From a virus, in IMG/VR virus record IMGVR_UViG_3300015371_000004, positions 32,001 through 96,000 of that record: a stretch of DNA of 64,000 nucleotides. One strand, written 5' to 3'. The number at the start of each line of letters is the position of its first letter. Positions within the stretch are counted from its first letter, which is position 1. The position numbers were made by a program, and so were the translations under genes. Positions 9,792 to 19,382 of the stretch are shown here, in pieces. The notes beneath the pieces are model-generated. The model had not been told where the DNA came from. It saw only the letters and a list, made by a program, of their open reading frames with translations, and ran no database searches.

Positions 9792-10341
9792 CGGGATAGC
9801 GCTCCTGTAGTTCGCGGAGAATGACGGTCCGCTCGGCGCGGATCTTCCAGACCTTGGCCATGCCGCGCCAGACCTTGTTCAGCTCCCGGCTGATCTGGTC
9901 CACCCGGCGCGCGGCCTCCTGATCGACCCAGCGGACGATCTCCGGATCCTGCAGGAACGTGTGCGTCTTGGCGGCGGCCTCGGCCGCCTTCCGCTTCTGG
10001 TAGGCCTTGAGCCCGGCCTTGGTGACCTCCGTCTCGGCCTTCAGGCGCTCGACGAACTGGTCGAGCGACAGGTCGTCGGCCAGATAGACCGGCACGTAGA
10101 CGATCCCCTTCGCGAGGCACCACTGGCGCTTCTCGTCGATGTAGAAGCGCTCGTCACGCGGGTCCGGCTCGAAGTCGACCGCTACCTGCGGGCTGACCGC
10201 CATGTAGTAGCGGGAGATCCGGACCGGGTCCTTGACGAGATTGCCGTGGATGGCAATCCGTAGGTCCTCGGGGTACCACGGCGCGAGGTACTGCACCGAG
10301 CCCACGCCCTGCGAAATGAGGTCGACCTTCTGCTCTGCCAT
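9733..10341 (-). CDS. Hypothetical protein
   Basis: Coding-like 202-aa ORF between capsid and adaptor genes. Confidence 0.55.
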   Translation of the reverse strand: MAEQKVDLISQGVGSVQYLAPWYPEDLRIAIHGNLVKDPVRISRYYMAVSPQVAVDFEPDPRDERFYIDEKRQWCLAKGIVYVPVYLADDLSLDQFVERLKAETEVTKAGLKAYQKRKAAEAAAKTHTFLQDPEIVRWVDQEAARRVDQISRELNKVWRGMAKVWKIRAERTVILRELQERYPDGRVGVECRAQVSPDTARG

Positions 10342-10419
10342 GGTTCCCTACCCCTTGAAACACGAACGCCCGCTGGGGTCACACGATACCACCAGCGGGC
10401 GCGTGCCGAATCAGGAGCC

Positions 10420-11469
10420 TTACGTGAGGACCGTGCCGTCGTTGCCGAGGTACGCGAACCGCGGCTCGACCCAGTCGGCCTCCCACCGTTCGCGCGCGCG
10501 GAAGGCGTAGACCTCCATGATGAAGGAATTGCCGCTGCGCGGATCCTCCTGCACGATCTCCAGATTGTCGCGCCGCTGGAACACGAAGCCGCGCTTGGGG
10601 TCGCCGATGAGCCACGCCTTGGCGGGGATGAACGGCGACACGAACACGGTGTAGCGCCCGTAGAGCGGGTTGATCTGGCCCGAGAACGTGCCGGTCGAGG
10701 TGATCGGCATGATGGTCGAGTTCATGAGCCGGAGCGCGGTGAACTCGTCCTCCGGGCTCACCAAGAGCTGTGTCGGGACGTGCAGGAACTTGCGGCCGGT
10801 CGGGTCGACGATCCGGCGCGCGTTGGTGTGCGCCGATTCGAGGGATGTCGCGCTGAGCACCGAGTAGGCCGCGGGCCGATTGCCGTAGAGCGTGCTGAAC
10901 ACGACGCCCGTGCCCGCGGTGCCCGTGTAGGTGGAGGGGCCGACTTTGACACCTTCCTCCGTTCGGGTCAGGCCAAGCAGGCGGGACAGCACGTAGATTT
11001 CTTGGAAGATCCGGAAGCCTTCGCCGAGGTCCGCCGAGCGGCTGCGAATCTGGCCGGTCTGATCGTCGTCGAACAGCTCGCGCTCGAAGGTGATGAGCTG
11101 GCCGTACTTGTAGTTCAGGATTTCGCGCTCGAAGCCCTTGAACGCGCTGTCCTGAAACTTTTCACCGTTGTCGACCTGCTTGGGCAGCGTCGGCCGGTAC
11201 AGCCCGCCGTAGATTTCGCTCCGGCGACTCGACCGCACCTCGGTGACGAAGTGCGGGAAGATGACCGGCAGGTCCCGGAAGACGACGTTGGCGAACTCCT
11301 GCACGGCCGATCGCAGCAACCATCCGTAGGTCGCTTCGATGTTGGCTTCGTAGAAATTGCCGAGCCGCCCCGCGGCTTCACGCAGCCGGTGGAAGCTGAA
11401 CGAAGGGTCGAGATAGTCGATCCGAGAGGCGACTTCTCGCAATTTGCCGAGCATGCGCTGAGAAAACAT
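10420..11469 (-). CDS. Major capsid protein (Mu gpT-like, HK97 fold)
   Basis: NYKYGQLITFERELFDDDQTGQI, PTQLLVSP, INPLYG, AWLIGDPKRGFVFQRR; follows protease and decoration genes. Confidence 0.88.
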   Translation of the reverse strand: MFSQRMLGKLREVASRIDYLDPSFSFHRLREAAGRLGNFYEANIEATYGWLLRSAVQEFANVVFRDLPVIFPHFVTEVRSSRRSEIYGGLYRPTLPKQVDNGEKFQDSAFKGFEREILNYKYGQLITFERELFDDDQTGQIRSRSADLGEGFRIFQEIYVLSRLLGLTRTEEGVKVGPSTYTGTAGTGVVFSTLYGNRPAAYSVLSATSLESAHTNARRIVDPTGRKFLHVPTQLLVSPEDEFTALRLMNSTIMPITSTGTFSGQINPLYGRYTVFVSPFIPAKAWLIGDPKRGFVFQRRDNLEIVQEDPRSGNSFIMEVYAFRARERWEADWVEPRFAYLGNDGTVLT

Positions 11470-11527
11470 CGTTCGTGGCTCCTTGAGCGGTCAAAACCCC
11501 TTCGTCTACGCGGCGCGAAGCGCCGTC

Positions 11528-12013
11528 CTAGAAGCTCATCTTCAACGTCGAGACCACCCGCAACCGGACCAGAATCAGGTCGCCGCCGGTAACCGTCTGG
11601 CCGCTCGCCGAGTCGTAGTCGTTCTCGACCGCCACCACGCCCACCTGATTGCCTGCGTTGGCGCCGGTCTTCTTGACATGCTGGACGCTGGTCGTGCCGA
11701 GAGTCAGGATGTCGAGCGGCTTGAGGACCACGGTCTCGTCAATGATCAGCTCGACGAGGCCTTCCTGAATGACGTTGATCCGCCGGACGCGCGTGTCGGA
11801 CGTGAGAACGCCAACCGTATCGATCGGGTTCTTGCCTTCCGACATGCCCAAGAAGGAGCCCGCGGAGGCCGACGTCAGGGGCACCGCAATGCGGGCCGAT
11901 GCGTCCCACGCCAGCAGGTCACCTTGAAAGATGTCCGTGTTGAGGTTGATCGGGACCCGGGACGCCCGGAATTCCTCGATCTTTACGCGATTGATGCTTT
12001 CACGATCGGCCAT
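11528..12013 (-). CDS. Capsid decoration/cement protein
   Basis: 161-aa beta-rich protein between scaffold and capsid genes. Confidence 0.6.
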   Translation of the reverse strand: MADRESINRVKIEEFRASRVPINLNTDIFQGDLLAWDASARIAVPLTSASAGSFLGMSEGKNPIDTVGVLTSDTRVRRINVIQEGLVELIIDETVVLKPLDILTLGTTSVQHVKKTGANAGNQVGVVAVENDYDSASGQTVTGGDLILVRLRVVSTLKMSF

Positions 12014-12063
12014 GGTATGTCGTCTCCGTCAGATTCTTCGCGTGCCCCTCATGAACGGACGAA

Positions 12064-13659
12064 CTACTTGGTGGTCTGCGCCTGCTTGATCGGCAGCCCC
12101 AGCTCTTCGAGAAAGTCATCCGGGCCCGCTTCCCCGTTGGCAAACGACTCCCGGAAGCGCGACGGCATCCCGTCGACTTCGCCGTCCGAGTCCTCATCGA
12201 ACTCCTCGTCGCGCGACCGCGCGCTCTCGACGAGCGAGCTGTAGAAGCTGGCCGCCTCTTCCATCTCGGCCTTGGTCCGGCACTCGCGCACGAGCTTGGC
12301 GGCGAGCTTGTCCTGCGTGTCCTTGTCGAGCCCCTTGACCTTCTTGACCACGCGGGCCGCGGCGGCCTCACGCGCCTGCTGGTTCATCTTGGCCTTGAGC
12401 TGACGGTTCTCTTCCGTGATGGCTTCGAGGGCTTCCTTCAGCCGTTCGGTCTCGGTCGGCTCGGCCGCGCCCTCGGTCTCGGCGTAGCGCCGGGCCTTCT
12501 GGGTCGTCTGGGTCGACTTCTTCGTCATCGACCCGGCCCCCGCCTTGGCGCCGCCCTTGGCCGCCATGTTTTTCTTGGCCCCTGTGGTGTAGATCGCGTT
12601 CTCACGCGTCTTGTCGGCTTTCTCCTCACCCGGGCGAATCACCTTGGTGCCGCGGTTGAACCGGTCCCGGAGCGACGACACGGCCTCCCGAGTCTCCTCG
12701 GGGTCTTCGGCCTCCTCGTCGTCTTCCTCGTCGGCCTCATCCTCTTCCTCGGCGTCGGCCTCTTCCAGTTCGTCCTCGGCGTCGGCGTCCTCGGCGTCGT
12801 CTTCCTCGGGCTCCGCCGCTTCGCGGGTCTCTTCAGCCTCGTCGTCGGCCGCGGCTTTCTTGGTCGGCTTCTTGGCTTCCTTGACCTTGTCCTTCTTGGT
12901 GGCCTTGGCGTCGGCCTCCTCGCTCATGCACTCTCGGAGCTGCTCGGTAAGCGTCTCGACCTTGGCCGCATCACCGCGCTTGGCGGCCTCCGCGATCTTG
13001 GTCAACAGCTTCTCTTTCTTCCCCATGATGGTCTGCTCCTGTCGAGCTGCTCGGGCCGATTCGAGGAGGTGTTGAAACCCCCCACCTGCGCCAGCCTCGG
13101 TCACGATGTCGGCCGAGGCAATCTTTCGAAAGTTCTGAACCTCGTTGACCTTGCCGCCCGCTTCCGCGATGTCGGCCTCTTGGGTGTCGCCGTGGCCATT
13201 GATCGAGATACCGATCCGGTCCGCCGCGCCCCACTCCTTGAGGTCTTCGATGTTCTGGGCCAGCCACCGCTGCGACCTGAAGACATTCAGGTCGCCGACG
13301 ACTGCGCCCCCTCGCTCTCCCTCACGCACAAACCGAACGTTGGTGTACAGCCCAACCTGATCCCGGATGGTGCGCTCGGGCTGGACGGTCTCATCGATGC
13401 GGGAGGGATGGTCAGCGTACGCCCGGAGCTTCTCGAACTGCCCTTGGTCGACGGCCTCTTTGAGGACATGCGCCGGGTAGTAGTGCCGGTCGGCGGCGTT
13501 TCCCAGACCAGCCTTGATGATGGTGACACCCCGGAAGACACGGCCCCCATCCGCGAGGGGCAGGCTCCGCGCGCGCTCGCTGAACGTCCGGACGAACGTC
13601 GTCAGGTGCGCTTGCTGGCGCCGGGTAATCGGGTACTTTCGTGCGGCGGCCGTGGCCAC
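12064..13659 (-). CDS. Prohead protease fused to acidic/coiled-coil scaffold
   Basis: AYADHP, IGISING and SADIVTEAGAGG protease motifs, then a highly charged low-complexity scaffold region. Confidence 0.85.
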   Translation of the reverse strand: MATAAARKYPITRRQQAHLTTFVRTFSERARSLPLADGGRVFRGVTIIKAGLGNAADRHYYPAHVLKEAVDQGQFEKLRAYADHPSRIDETVQPERTIRDQVGLYTNVRFVREGERGGAVVGDLNVFRSQRWLAQNIEDLKEWGAADRIGISINGHGDTQEADIAEAGGKVNEVQNFRKIASADIVTEAGAGGGFQHLLESARAARQEQTIMGKKEKLLTKIAEAAKRGDAAKVETLTEQLRECMSEEADAKATKKDKVKEAKKPTKKAAADDEAEETREAAEPEEDDAEDADAEDELEEADAEEEDEADEEDDEEAEDPEETREAVSSLRDRFNRGTKVIRPGEEKADKTRENAIYTTGAKKNMAAKGGAKAGAGSMTKKSTQTTQKARRYAETEGAAEPTETERLKEALEAITEENRQLKAKMNQQAREAAAARVVKKVKGLDKDTQDKLAAKLVRECRTKAEMEEAASFYSSLVESARSRDEEFDEDSDGEVDGMPSRFRESFANGEAGPDDFLEELGLPIKQAQTTK

Positions 13660-13683
13660 GTACTTGCCACGGGCACAAACGGA

Positions 13684-13908
13684 TCAGCGGCGAGTCAGCG
13701 GCGCGGCGACGACCTCATCCCCATCGAAGTTGGCGATGTAGGGGCGGTGGATCCGTAGCTCTTCGAAGGGGACGCCCCGGCGTCGGCACCACTCGACGCA
13801 GTGATCGGTGAAGGCCAAAAAGAAGGCCGAGAGGTCATGGTTCTTTTCGAGGAGCCTGACCATCTGGCTATTGTTCGTCTCCAGCATCTCGTGGATGTTC
13901 GACGGCAT
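13684..13908 (-). CDS. Hypothetical protein
   Basis: 74-aa ORF in the head operon. Confidence 0.5.
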   Translation of the reverse strand: MPSNIHEMLETNNSQMVRLLEKNHDLSAFFLAFTDHCVEWCRRRGVPFEELRIHRPYIANFDGDEVVAAPLTRR

Positions 13909-13910
13909 AT

Positions 13911-14198
13911 CTATTTGCCCTTAAAGGATTTATCTCCAAGGCTCGACGTACAGACGGCGTACGCATTCACCCCGCGCCCGCTGGCCTTGACCTTGTCGGT
14001 ACACCGCTTCCATTTGTCCGTGTGGATGTCCTTGTGGCCCGCCTTGGTCATAACCTCGCGCGTGAGAGGCCAGTTCGACGGGGTCGTGGCCACCCGAGCC
14101 TGAATCACGCGCACGGGGATCCCCCGCAGGTGGACCGTCTCGCCCGGGGCAAGGTCACGCTCTTCCAGCGAGTCTGACTGAGGAATCGGCCGAATCAT
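13911..14198 (-). CDS. Small basic two-Cys protein (possible head-internal protein)
   Basis: AAGGAG SD before ATG 14198; LTRE|VMTKAGHKDIHTDKWKRCTDKVKASGRGVNAYAVCTSSL. Confidence 0.55.
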   Translation of the reverse strand: MIRPIPQSDSLEERDLAPGETVHLRGIPVRVIQARVATTPSNWPLTREVMTKAGHKDIHTDKWKRCTDKVKASGRGVNAYAVCTSSLGDKSFKGK

Positions 14199-15315
14199 GC
14201 GGGGTCTCCTTCCCACAGAGTGCCTTGAACGTCTCCACCCACGCCGGGCCTTTGGCCTCCTCGGAGTAGCTCGCCCACACTTCCCGGTTGGCGGCCTCCC
14301 CCACCCGTCTCCGTAGGTCTATATCCTCAACAAGCGCTGAGAGATGCTCCTCCCACTCGGCCTGCGTCTCGGCCAAAAATCCCGTGCGGCCATGGTCAAT
14401 GCTCTTGGCATACGGATAGACCTTCGAGGCCACACAGGGCACGCGAAGTGACGCGTACTCCAGCCACTTGAGGTTCGATTTCGCCGCGTTAAACTGGCAC
14501 GGCGTGAGCGGGGCGATCCCGATGTCGAAGCTCACGAACTTCAGGGTCGCCGGGTACTTCTCGAACTTCACGCCCTTGACCACCTGTCGGCGGTTGGGCG
14601 GCACCGTCTGGCGCACCAGCTCCGGGAGGATCCCGAAAAACCGCAGCATCACCTGCGGGTAGCGCTTGACGATCTCGGCCAGCGCTCCGGCCGCCGCCGA
14701 GAAGTCCGTCTCATGCGTCGTCGACCCCTGCCAGCCGATGACCGTGTGCGGGTAATTGCTGTACGGCGTCACCGGGCAGAGCGCGGCGTCGCCCCAGTAG
14801 TCGGTCCGTAGGTGGTTGGGGCAGATAGAGATCCGGTCCTGCCAGCGCTTCCAGCCCAGATGCGTAGCCACCGCCTGCGCCAACGGTACCGTGGAGGTGG
14901 TCACCCGATCAGCCAGATCAAGCTGGGCCTCCAAGTCGCGCCGGATGTCCCGCCGCTCCCAGAAGCCCTTGGCCGGGTTGGTCCGCGGAATCGCCCACAG
15001 GTCATCGTCGAGATCCACCGTCGTCGGGATCCCCCGGCGCTGGCACTCCCGCATGACGGCTGGAAACGGCCCGCCAATACTGCGCTGGAAGACCATGAGA
15101 TCGTACTCGTAGCCCTCAGGCGAAAGCCCACCGATTCGGTCGGTCGGGTGCCCCTCTCCGGCCGCCGTCAGCGCGCGCATGTAGTGCGCGACCACCTCGC
15201 GCTGGTTGACCATGTCGATGTCGGCCGCCTTCGACTGCTGCACGTACATCGCCGGGAAGTACGAGCGGTACATCCCGACTCCCATGGTGTCGCTGTAGAA
15301 CCACTGCACTTTCAT
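14155..15315 (-). CDS. GT-B (GT4-like) glycosyltransferase
   Basis: VDLDDDLW, IGWQGSTTH, DIGIAPL...FNAAKSNLKWLEYASLRVPCVAS, HGRTGFLA. Confidence 0.9.
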   Translation of the reverse strand: MKVQWFYSDTMGVGMYRSYFPAMYVQQSKAADIDMVNQREVVAHYMRALTAAGEGHPTDRIGGLSPEGYEYDLMVFQRSIGGPFPAVMRECQRRGIPTTVDLDDDLWAIPRTNPAKGFWERRDIRRDLEAQLDLADRVTTSTVPLAQAVATHLGWKRWQDRISICPNHLRTDYWGDAALCPVTPYSNYPHTVIGWQGSTTHETDFSAAAGALAEIVKRYPQVMLRFFGILPELVRQTVPPNRRQVVKGVKFEKYPATLKFVSFDIGIAPLTPCQFNAAKSNLKWLEYASLRVPCVASKVYPYAKSIDHGRTGFLAETQAEWEEHLSALVEDIDLRRRVGEAANREVWASYSEEAKGPAWVETFKALCGKETPHDSADSSVRLAGRA

Positions 15316-16187
15316 CCGGTACGCCTCGCCTGAAAGACCGAATACGGCACGTACGTGCGCGCCCGCCCCTGCACCATCGACTGCGGAAGTTTCTCACACC
15401 GGCAGTTCGGATGACTATCGCGAATCGGCTGGTCCGTGGTGACGGTCAGGTGTTTCGGCCAGCAGATCGGGCAGACCTTCTCGTCATCCATGGTCACCCA
15501 GACCTCAGCCTCGTCGAACCGGTTGTAGGCCGCCGCCGCGCCGAGCGCGAGCGCCCAGAACAGCTCATTCGAGCCCAGCCCCGCAAGGCCTGCCTTGACC
15601 GTTGCCGCGATCCCGCCCAGCCGTGACAGCGTCTCTGGAAAAGGCTGCTCGGTGGCCACCGCGTAGCGGAGCGCCCCATTGACCTTCTGCGTGGCCACCC
15701 CGGCCCATGCCCCCACCCGATCCCGATAGTCGAGCCCGTTGATCTGAGCGGCCAAGAGGGCTTCCAGCGCGTCTTCCTCGTCGATCGGCTCCTCATCGAG
15801 GGCCCCATCCACGCCCCCGAGGAAGAGCGCCCACAGCCCCTGCTCGTAGCCTGCCGCATAGGCTCCCGCTAATGTGTCGTCGAACTCCTCCAGCGCGTCA
15901 TCGGCGGCATCCATGATCTCGTCTTGGAACTGCTGGGTGAGCGCGTCCACCGTGCCAAGGCTGGCGGCCTGCACGGTGTTCCATGCCGGGGTCTCTTCGG
16001 GCGACAAGTCCGGGAAAGGCAGGATGAAAAACTGGGCGAAGTAGCGGTCCAGTTCCTTCTGGAACATCTCGAAGGGCCGCTCGAACTCGTCGTCGAGCTT
16101 CGCCTTGAAACTGAACTCGCGCGCCTGAAATTCCCGGCGGCGCTGGAGCAGGATCGTCCGCGCGCTACTCGGTAGGTCTTGGGCCAC
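15312..16187 (-). CDS. MuF/SPP1 gp7-like minor head (morphogenesis) protein
   Basis: WVTMDDEKVCPICW...HPNCRC; directly after the portal; start position estimated. Confidence 0.8.
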   Translation of the reverse strand: MAQDLPSSARTILLQRRREFQAREFSFKAKLDDEFERPFEMFQKELDRYFAQFFILPFPDLSPEETPAWNTVQAASLGTVDALTQQFQDEIMDAADDALEEFDDTLAGAYAAGYEQGLWALFLGGVDGALDEEPIDEEDALEALLAAQINGLDYRDRVGAWAGVATQKVNGALRYAVATEQPFPETLSRLGGIAATVKAGLAGLGSNELFWALALGAAAAYNRFDEAEVWVTMDDEKVCPICWPKHLTVTTDQPIRDSHPNCRCEKLPQSMVQGRARTYVPYSVFQARRTG

Positions 16188-18231
16188 TGGATTCGAGAAG
16201 GGCCTGCACGCGCGCGATCTCCACGCCCAGCCGTGTGATGTCGCGACCATCGGCGGTCTGGGCCTGCTCGGTCATGAGGCGCGCCAGCTTCTTCCGGCGC
16301 CGTGTTTCGAGCGACCGCGCCCGTGCTTCGACACCCCAGACGGCTGCCGACGCCTTGAGCGGCGCCCCCGCCGACTTCTGGCCCGTGATGCTCGCGCGCT
16401 CGCCCCCACGGGTGAAGCCCCCACGGTTCAGGGTGGCGCGCGTGTTGGCCAGCCCGCGCCCGCTCACCGCCTTGGCGCTGTAGCCCATCTCGGCGCTCGT
16501 CTTGGTGACCTTCCGGGCATCGCTGTTCGTCGCGCCGCCGGGGCCCGCGATGGGCTCGGGCGCCTCCTTCGGCACCGACTGGAAGCCCTGCATCACGAGC
16601 GGATCCTTCCCGCGCTCCTGACGGATCGCCTCCTGCTCCTGCCCGTAGTCATACCCCGTGATCCCGACCTCACGTGAGGCCATGGTGGCCGACCGTTCCT
16701 TGGTGATCCAGTCCTGCGCCTCCATCATCGCCAGATCCTTGAGCTTGGCCGTCCGATCCTCGGCCGCCAGCCCCGGGAAGCTCACTTCGAAGATCGCCTT
16801 GGTCACCGGCAGCTTCTCAGTGTCCACCAGCCGCCGGTAGGTCTTGTGGAGCATCATCTCGATGACCTGCTGGTAGGTCTCGAAGTTCTTGACGTCCGGC
16901 TCGGTCTGGAGCAACGCGCTGGCGCGCGTCGAGGCCGAACTCACCCCCAAAAACTGCTCGGAAATTCCTGCGCCGATCGCGATGACCTTCAGGAGCATAT
17001 CGGCGTCGGTCTTGGCGTCCGACGCATCAGTCGACGCGTTCTTGTACTCGATCGCGATGGCGTCATTGTGGACGGCCACGGCCCCCGGACCCGGCGGCGT
17101 TGCAAACTGCTCGTTGGCCCGATCGACCTCGGACTTGCCCCCTTTGACCGAGACGTCGAGCGCGAACATCGACCGCATCTTGTTCTGCATGATGCGGTCG
17201 TCCATGAACTCCCGGAAGCGCAAGAGCCACCCGAGAATCGCGTACAGCTCCGACCGGCCGCGCTTCTCGCTCGACGACTTGTTCAGGGTGAAGTGGTCGA
17301 CCTCCTCGGCCGGGATATGGCGGATGACCAGAATCGAAGCGGGCACCTGCTCGCCGGGCACGATGATGGGCGACGACGCGACGTACTGCTGGTAGTAATA
17401 CTTCACGTCCTCCAAGTCTTCGAGGTTCGTGACGACGTCCCAGATGGTGCACGGGTCAATCTGCCGCTGGGTCAGCTTCCCCTTCACCACAAAATGCCGG
17501 TTGAACTGCTCTCCGTAGGTCATCAGCTCGCGAAGCCACGTCTTGATCCGGAGCGTCATGTCGTGGCGCAGCCAGAACTCGTCCCATGCCTTCTGATGAG
17601 CCGGGTCCGGCACGTCACAGGTCAGCCCCCGCGAGAGCACGAACTGCGGAACGATGTTGACGATCCGCTTGCCGAGCGGGTTGCGCGTCGCCGCGTCCCA
17701 GCATTTGACGTGCGCCGTCAGGTAATCGTGCAGCGTCTGCTGCTTGGCGTAGGGGCTGTTGAGCGCAGGCAGGACCGAGTCATGGATCGGGAACACCGAC
17801 CGCCGGTTGCCTGCGGCCTCATCCGGGTACAGCCCCGTGTAGAAGTCGTCCGAGGCGCCCGACTCCTTGAGCCGCGGATCGGTCTTGGCTTCCTCCCGCA
17901 GGCTCGCGTTCAGGTCCCGGAGCTTCTGCATCGAGTAGTGCTTGAGGATCCGGTCGCGCACCGGCTTACTCCGCGCGAACTCCCGGAAATTCTTGTAATG
18001 CACCAGCCGCCGGTTTTTGCCCGTGCCTTCGAGGACCTTGGCATTGATCCCCACGACCTTCGTCTGGACGTTCTGCAGCAGCCCTTCCATGACGGCATCA
18101 AAGGCCGGGAGGGCCGAGAGCCGGTTGACCCGGAGCTGCGGATCGGTCTTCTTGGGCTTGGCGTCGTCGTCGACCTCGCGCACGATGCCGAGGGCCGAGG
18201 CGTTCGGGTTCCGAATGGATGATTCAGGCAC
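16165..18231 (-). CDS. Portal protein
   Basis: TAAGGAG SD before GTG 18231; RNPLGKRIVN, RELMTYGEQF, EKRGRSEL; between terminase and MuF. Confidence 0.85.
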   Translation of the reverse strand: MPESSIRNPNASALGIVREVDDDAKPKKTDPQLRVNRLSALPAFDAVMEGLLQNVQTKVVGINAKVLEGTGKNRRLVHYKNFREFARSKPVRDRILKHYSMQKLRDLNASLREEAKTDPRLKESGASDDFYTGLYPDEAAGNRRSVFPIHDSVLPALNSPYAKQQTLHDYLTAHVKCWDAATRNPLGKRIVNIVPQFVLSRGLTCDVPDPAHQKAWDEFWLRHDMTLRIKTWLRELMTYGEQFNRHFVVKGKLTQRQIDPCTIWDVVTNLEDLEDVKYYYQQYVASSPIIVPGEQVPASILVIRHIPAEEVDHFTLNKSSSEKRGRSELYAILGWLLRFREFMDDRIMQNKMRSMFALDVSVKGGKSEVDRANEQFATPPGPGAVAVHNDAIAIEYKNASTDASDAKTDADMLLKVIAIGAGISEQFLGVSSASTRASALLQTEPDVKNFETYQQVIEMMLHKTYRRLVDTEKLPVTKAIFEVSFPGLAAEDRTAKLKDLAMMEAQDWITKERSATMASREVGITGYDYGQEQEAIRQERGKDPLVMQGFQSVPKEAPEPIAGPGGATNSDARKVTKTSAEMGYSAKAVSGRGLANTRATLNRGGFTRGGERASITGQKSAGAPLKASAAVWGVEARARSLETRRRKKLARLMTEQAQTADGRDITRLGVEIARVQALLESSGPRPTE

Positions 18232-18238
18232 AGGTCTC

Positions 18239-19117
18239 CTAGCGCAGACGCCGCTCGCCGTACGGGTCCTTGCGCATGAACGCGGGATTGGCGTGCACGT
18301 AGAGCATGCCCAGCTCTTCAGGGTTGTCGCGCTCCCACAGGAGGCCATTGGCCAGCGAGCCCGCCACCGCGTCGGCCACGTCCTTCCGGCCGGGCTGGCC
18401 ATTTCGGAAGCGCTTCGGATGGTCGTACTTGAGGCCCCGGACCACCTCCAGCTCGCGCATCTGCTCGAAGAAGGGCTCGAACTCGTAGTAGTCGAGCTTC
18501 TCCTCGTTCAGGAGTCCGATGAGGGTGTCGTAGGGCAGGCGGTTCCGGTCGACCGAGATCAGCTCGACCTCATAGCCGTCCTTCTCCAGCTGCTGGCGCG
18601 CTTCTTCGGACTGCCAACCGTCGTAGCTCACGCGGACGATGTTGAAGTCGCGAACCTTATGGAGGTTGTAGACGAAGCGCTGGCGGAGCCCCGCGTAATC
18701 GATCTGCTTGCCGGGCGCGGGCGTGATCTCGACCATGAAATCGACGACCCAGCGGGTGGTCCCGGGCTCCCGGTGAGTCATGGCCACCCCGGTCCGGTCG
18801 TTGTTTTTCGACTGGTCCACGTGGACGAAGTAGCGGCGGCCGGGCACGCCCCGGAAGATCGGGGTGAAGGTTTCCTCGTAGGGGTCCCACGGGCTCTGCC
18901 GGGCCTTGTTGGCGAACCGTTCGAGGATGCCCGGGTCGCGCAGCGCCTTCATGGCGCCCTGCGTCTTGAGCAGGACCGACCCATAGTTCTGCCACGCCAA
19001 GACCTCGTTCTGGCGGAACTGCTCCGCTAGACTCTCGAAGGTGACCTTGGGGTTCAGCTCCCAGCTGGCGGCGATGACCGCGATCCGAGTGCCGTCATGG
19101 GTTCGGTAGACTTCCAA
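18239..19117 (-). CDS. Terminase large subunit, C-terminal nuclease part
   Basis: SWELNP, VHVDQSKNNDRTG, SYDGWQS, KYDHP...KDVADAVAG (RNase H-like); TTG start without an obvious SD. Confidence 0.85.
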   Translation of the reverse strand: MEVYRTHDGTRIAVIAASWELNPKVTFESLAEQFRQNEVLAWQNYGSVLLKTQGAMKALRDPGILERFANKARQSPWDPYEETFTPIFRGVPGRRYFVHVDQSKNNDRTGVAMTHREPGTTRWVVDFMVEITPAPGKQIDYAGLRQRFVYNLHKVRDFNIVRVSYDGWQSEEARQQLEKDGYEVELISVDRNRLPYDTLIGLLNEEKLDYYEFEPFFEQMRELEVVRGLKYDHPKRFRNGQPGRKDVADAVAGSLANGLLWERDNPEELGMLYVHANPAFMRKDPYGERRLR

Positions 19118-19119
19118 TC

Positions 19120-19143
19120 AGACCCTACAACTTTGTAGGGTCT
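19120..19143. promoter_or_regulatory. Perfect 10-bp inverted repeat at the start of the terminase nuclease ORF
   Basis: AGACCCTACA-ACTT-TGTAGGGTCT; the core CTACA-N4-TGTAG resembles the TTACA-N4-TGTAA palindrome. Confidence 0.55.
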
Positions 19144-19157
19144 ACAAACCGAAGGGG

Positions 19158-19382
19158 CTATCTGAACCGGCCCGGGAGGGCCAAGCAGCGCTTGCAGGTC
19201 GTTCCGGCGCCCGCTCGCAGCTGCAGGTATGAGCGTTCGGTCCGGCGGCCGACGCAGCGCGGGACGATCTTCCCTTCGACGAACACGCCGTCATGCCGCA
19301 CGTAGTCCGATCGAAGGACGGGCGCCTTCGCGCACCGAGGGCCTTGGGCCTTGTTGAAGCGCTTCTCAGGGTTTGTCGACAA
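19158..19382 (-). CDS. Small Cys-containing hypothetical protein
   Basis: 74 aa, CKRC; overlaps the upstream gene. Confidence 0.45.
   Translation of the reverse strand: MSTNPEKRFNKAQGPRCAKAPVLRSDYVRHDGVFVEGKIVPRCVGRRTERSYLQLRAGAGTTCKRCLALPGRFR

Noticed and set aside
10271-10280. GGGGTACCAC match to the second promoter motif
   Set aside because: Antisense inside a gene with no downstream plus-strand ORF; probably chance.
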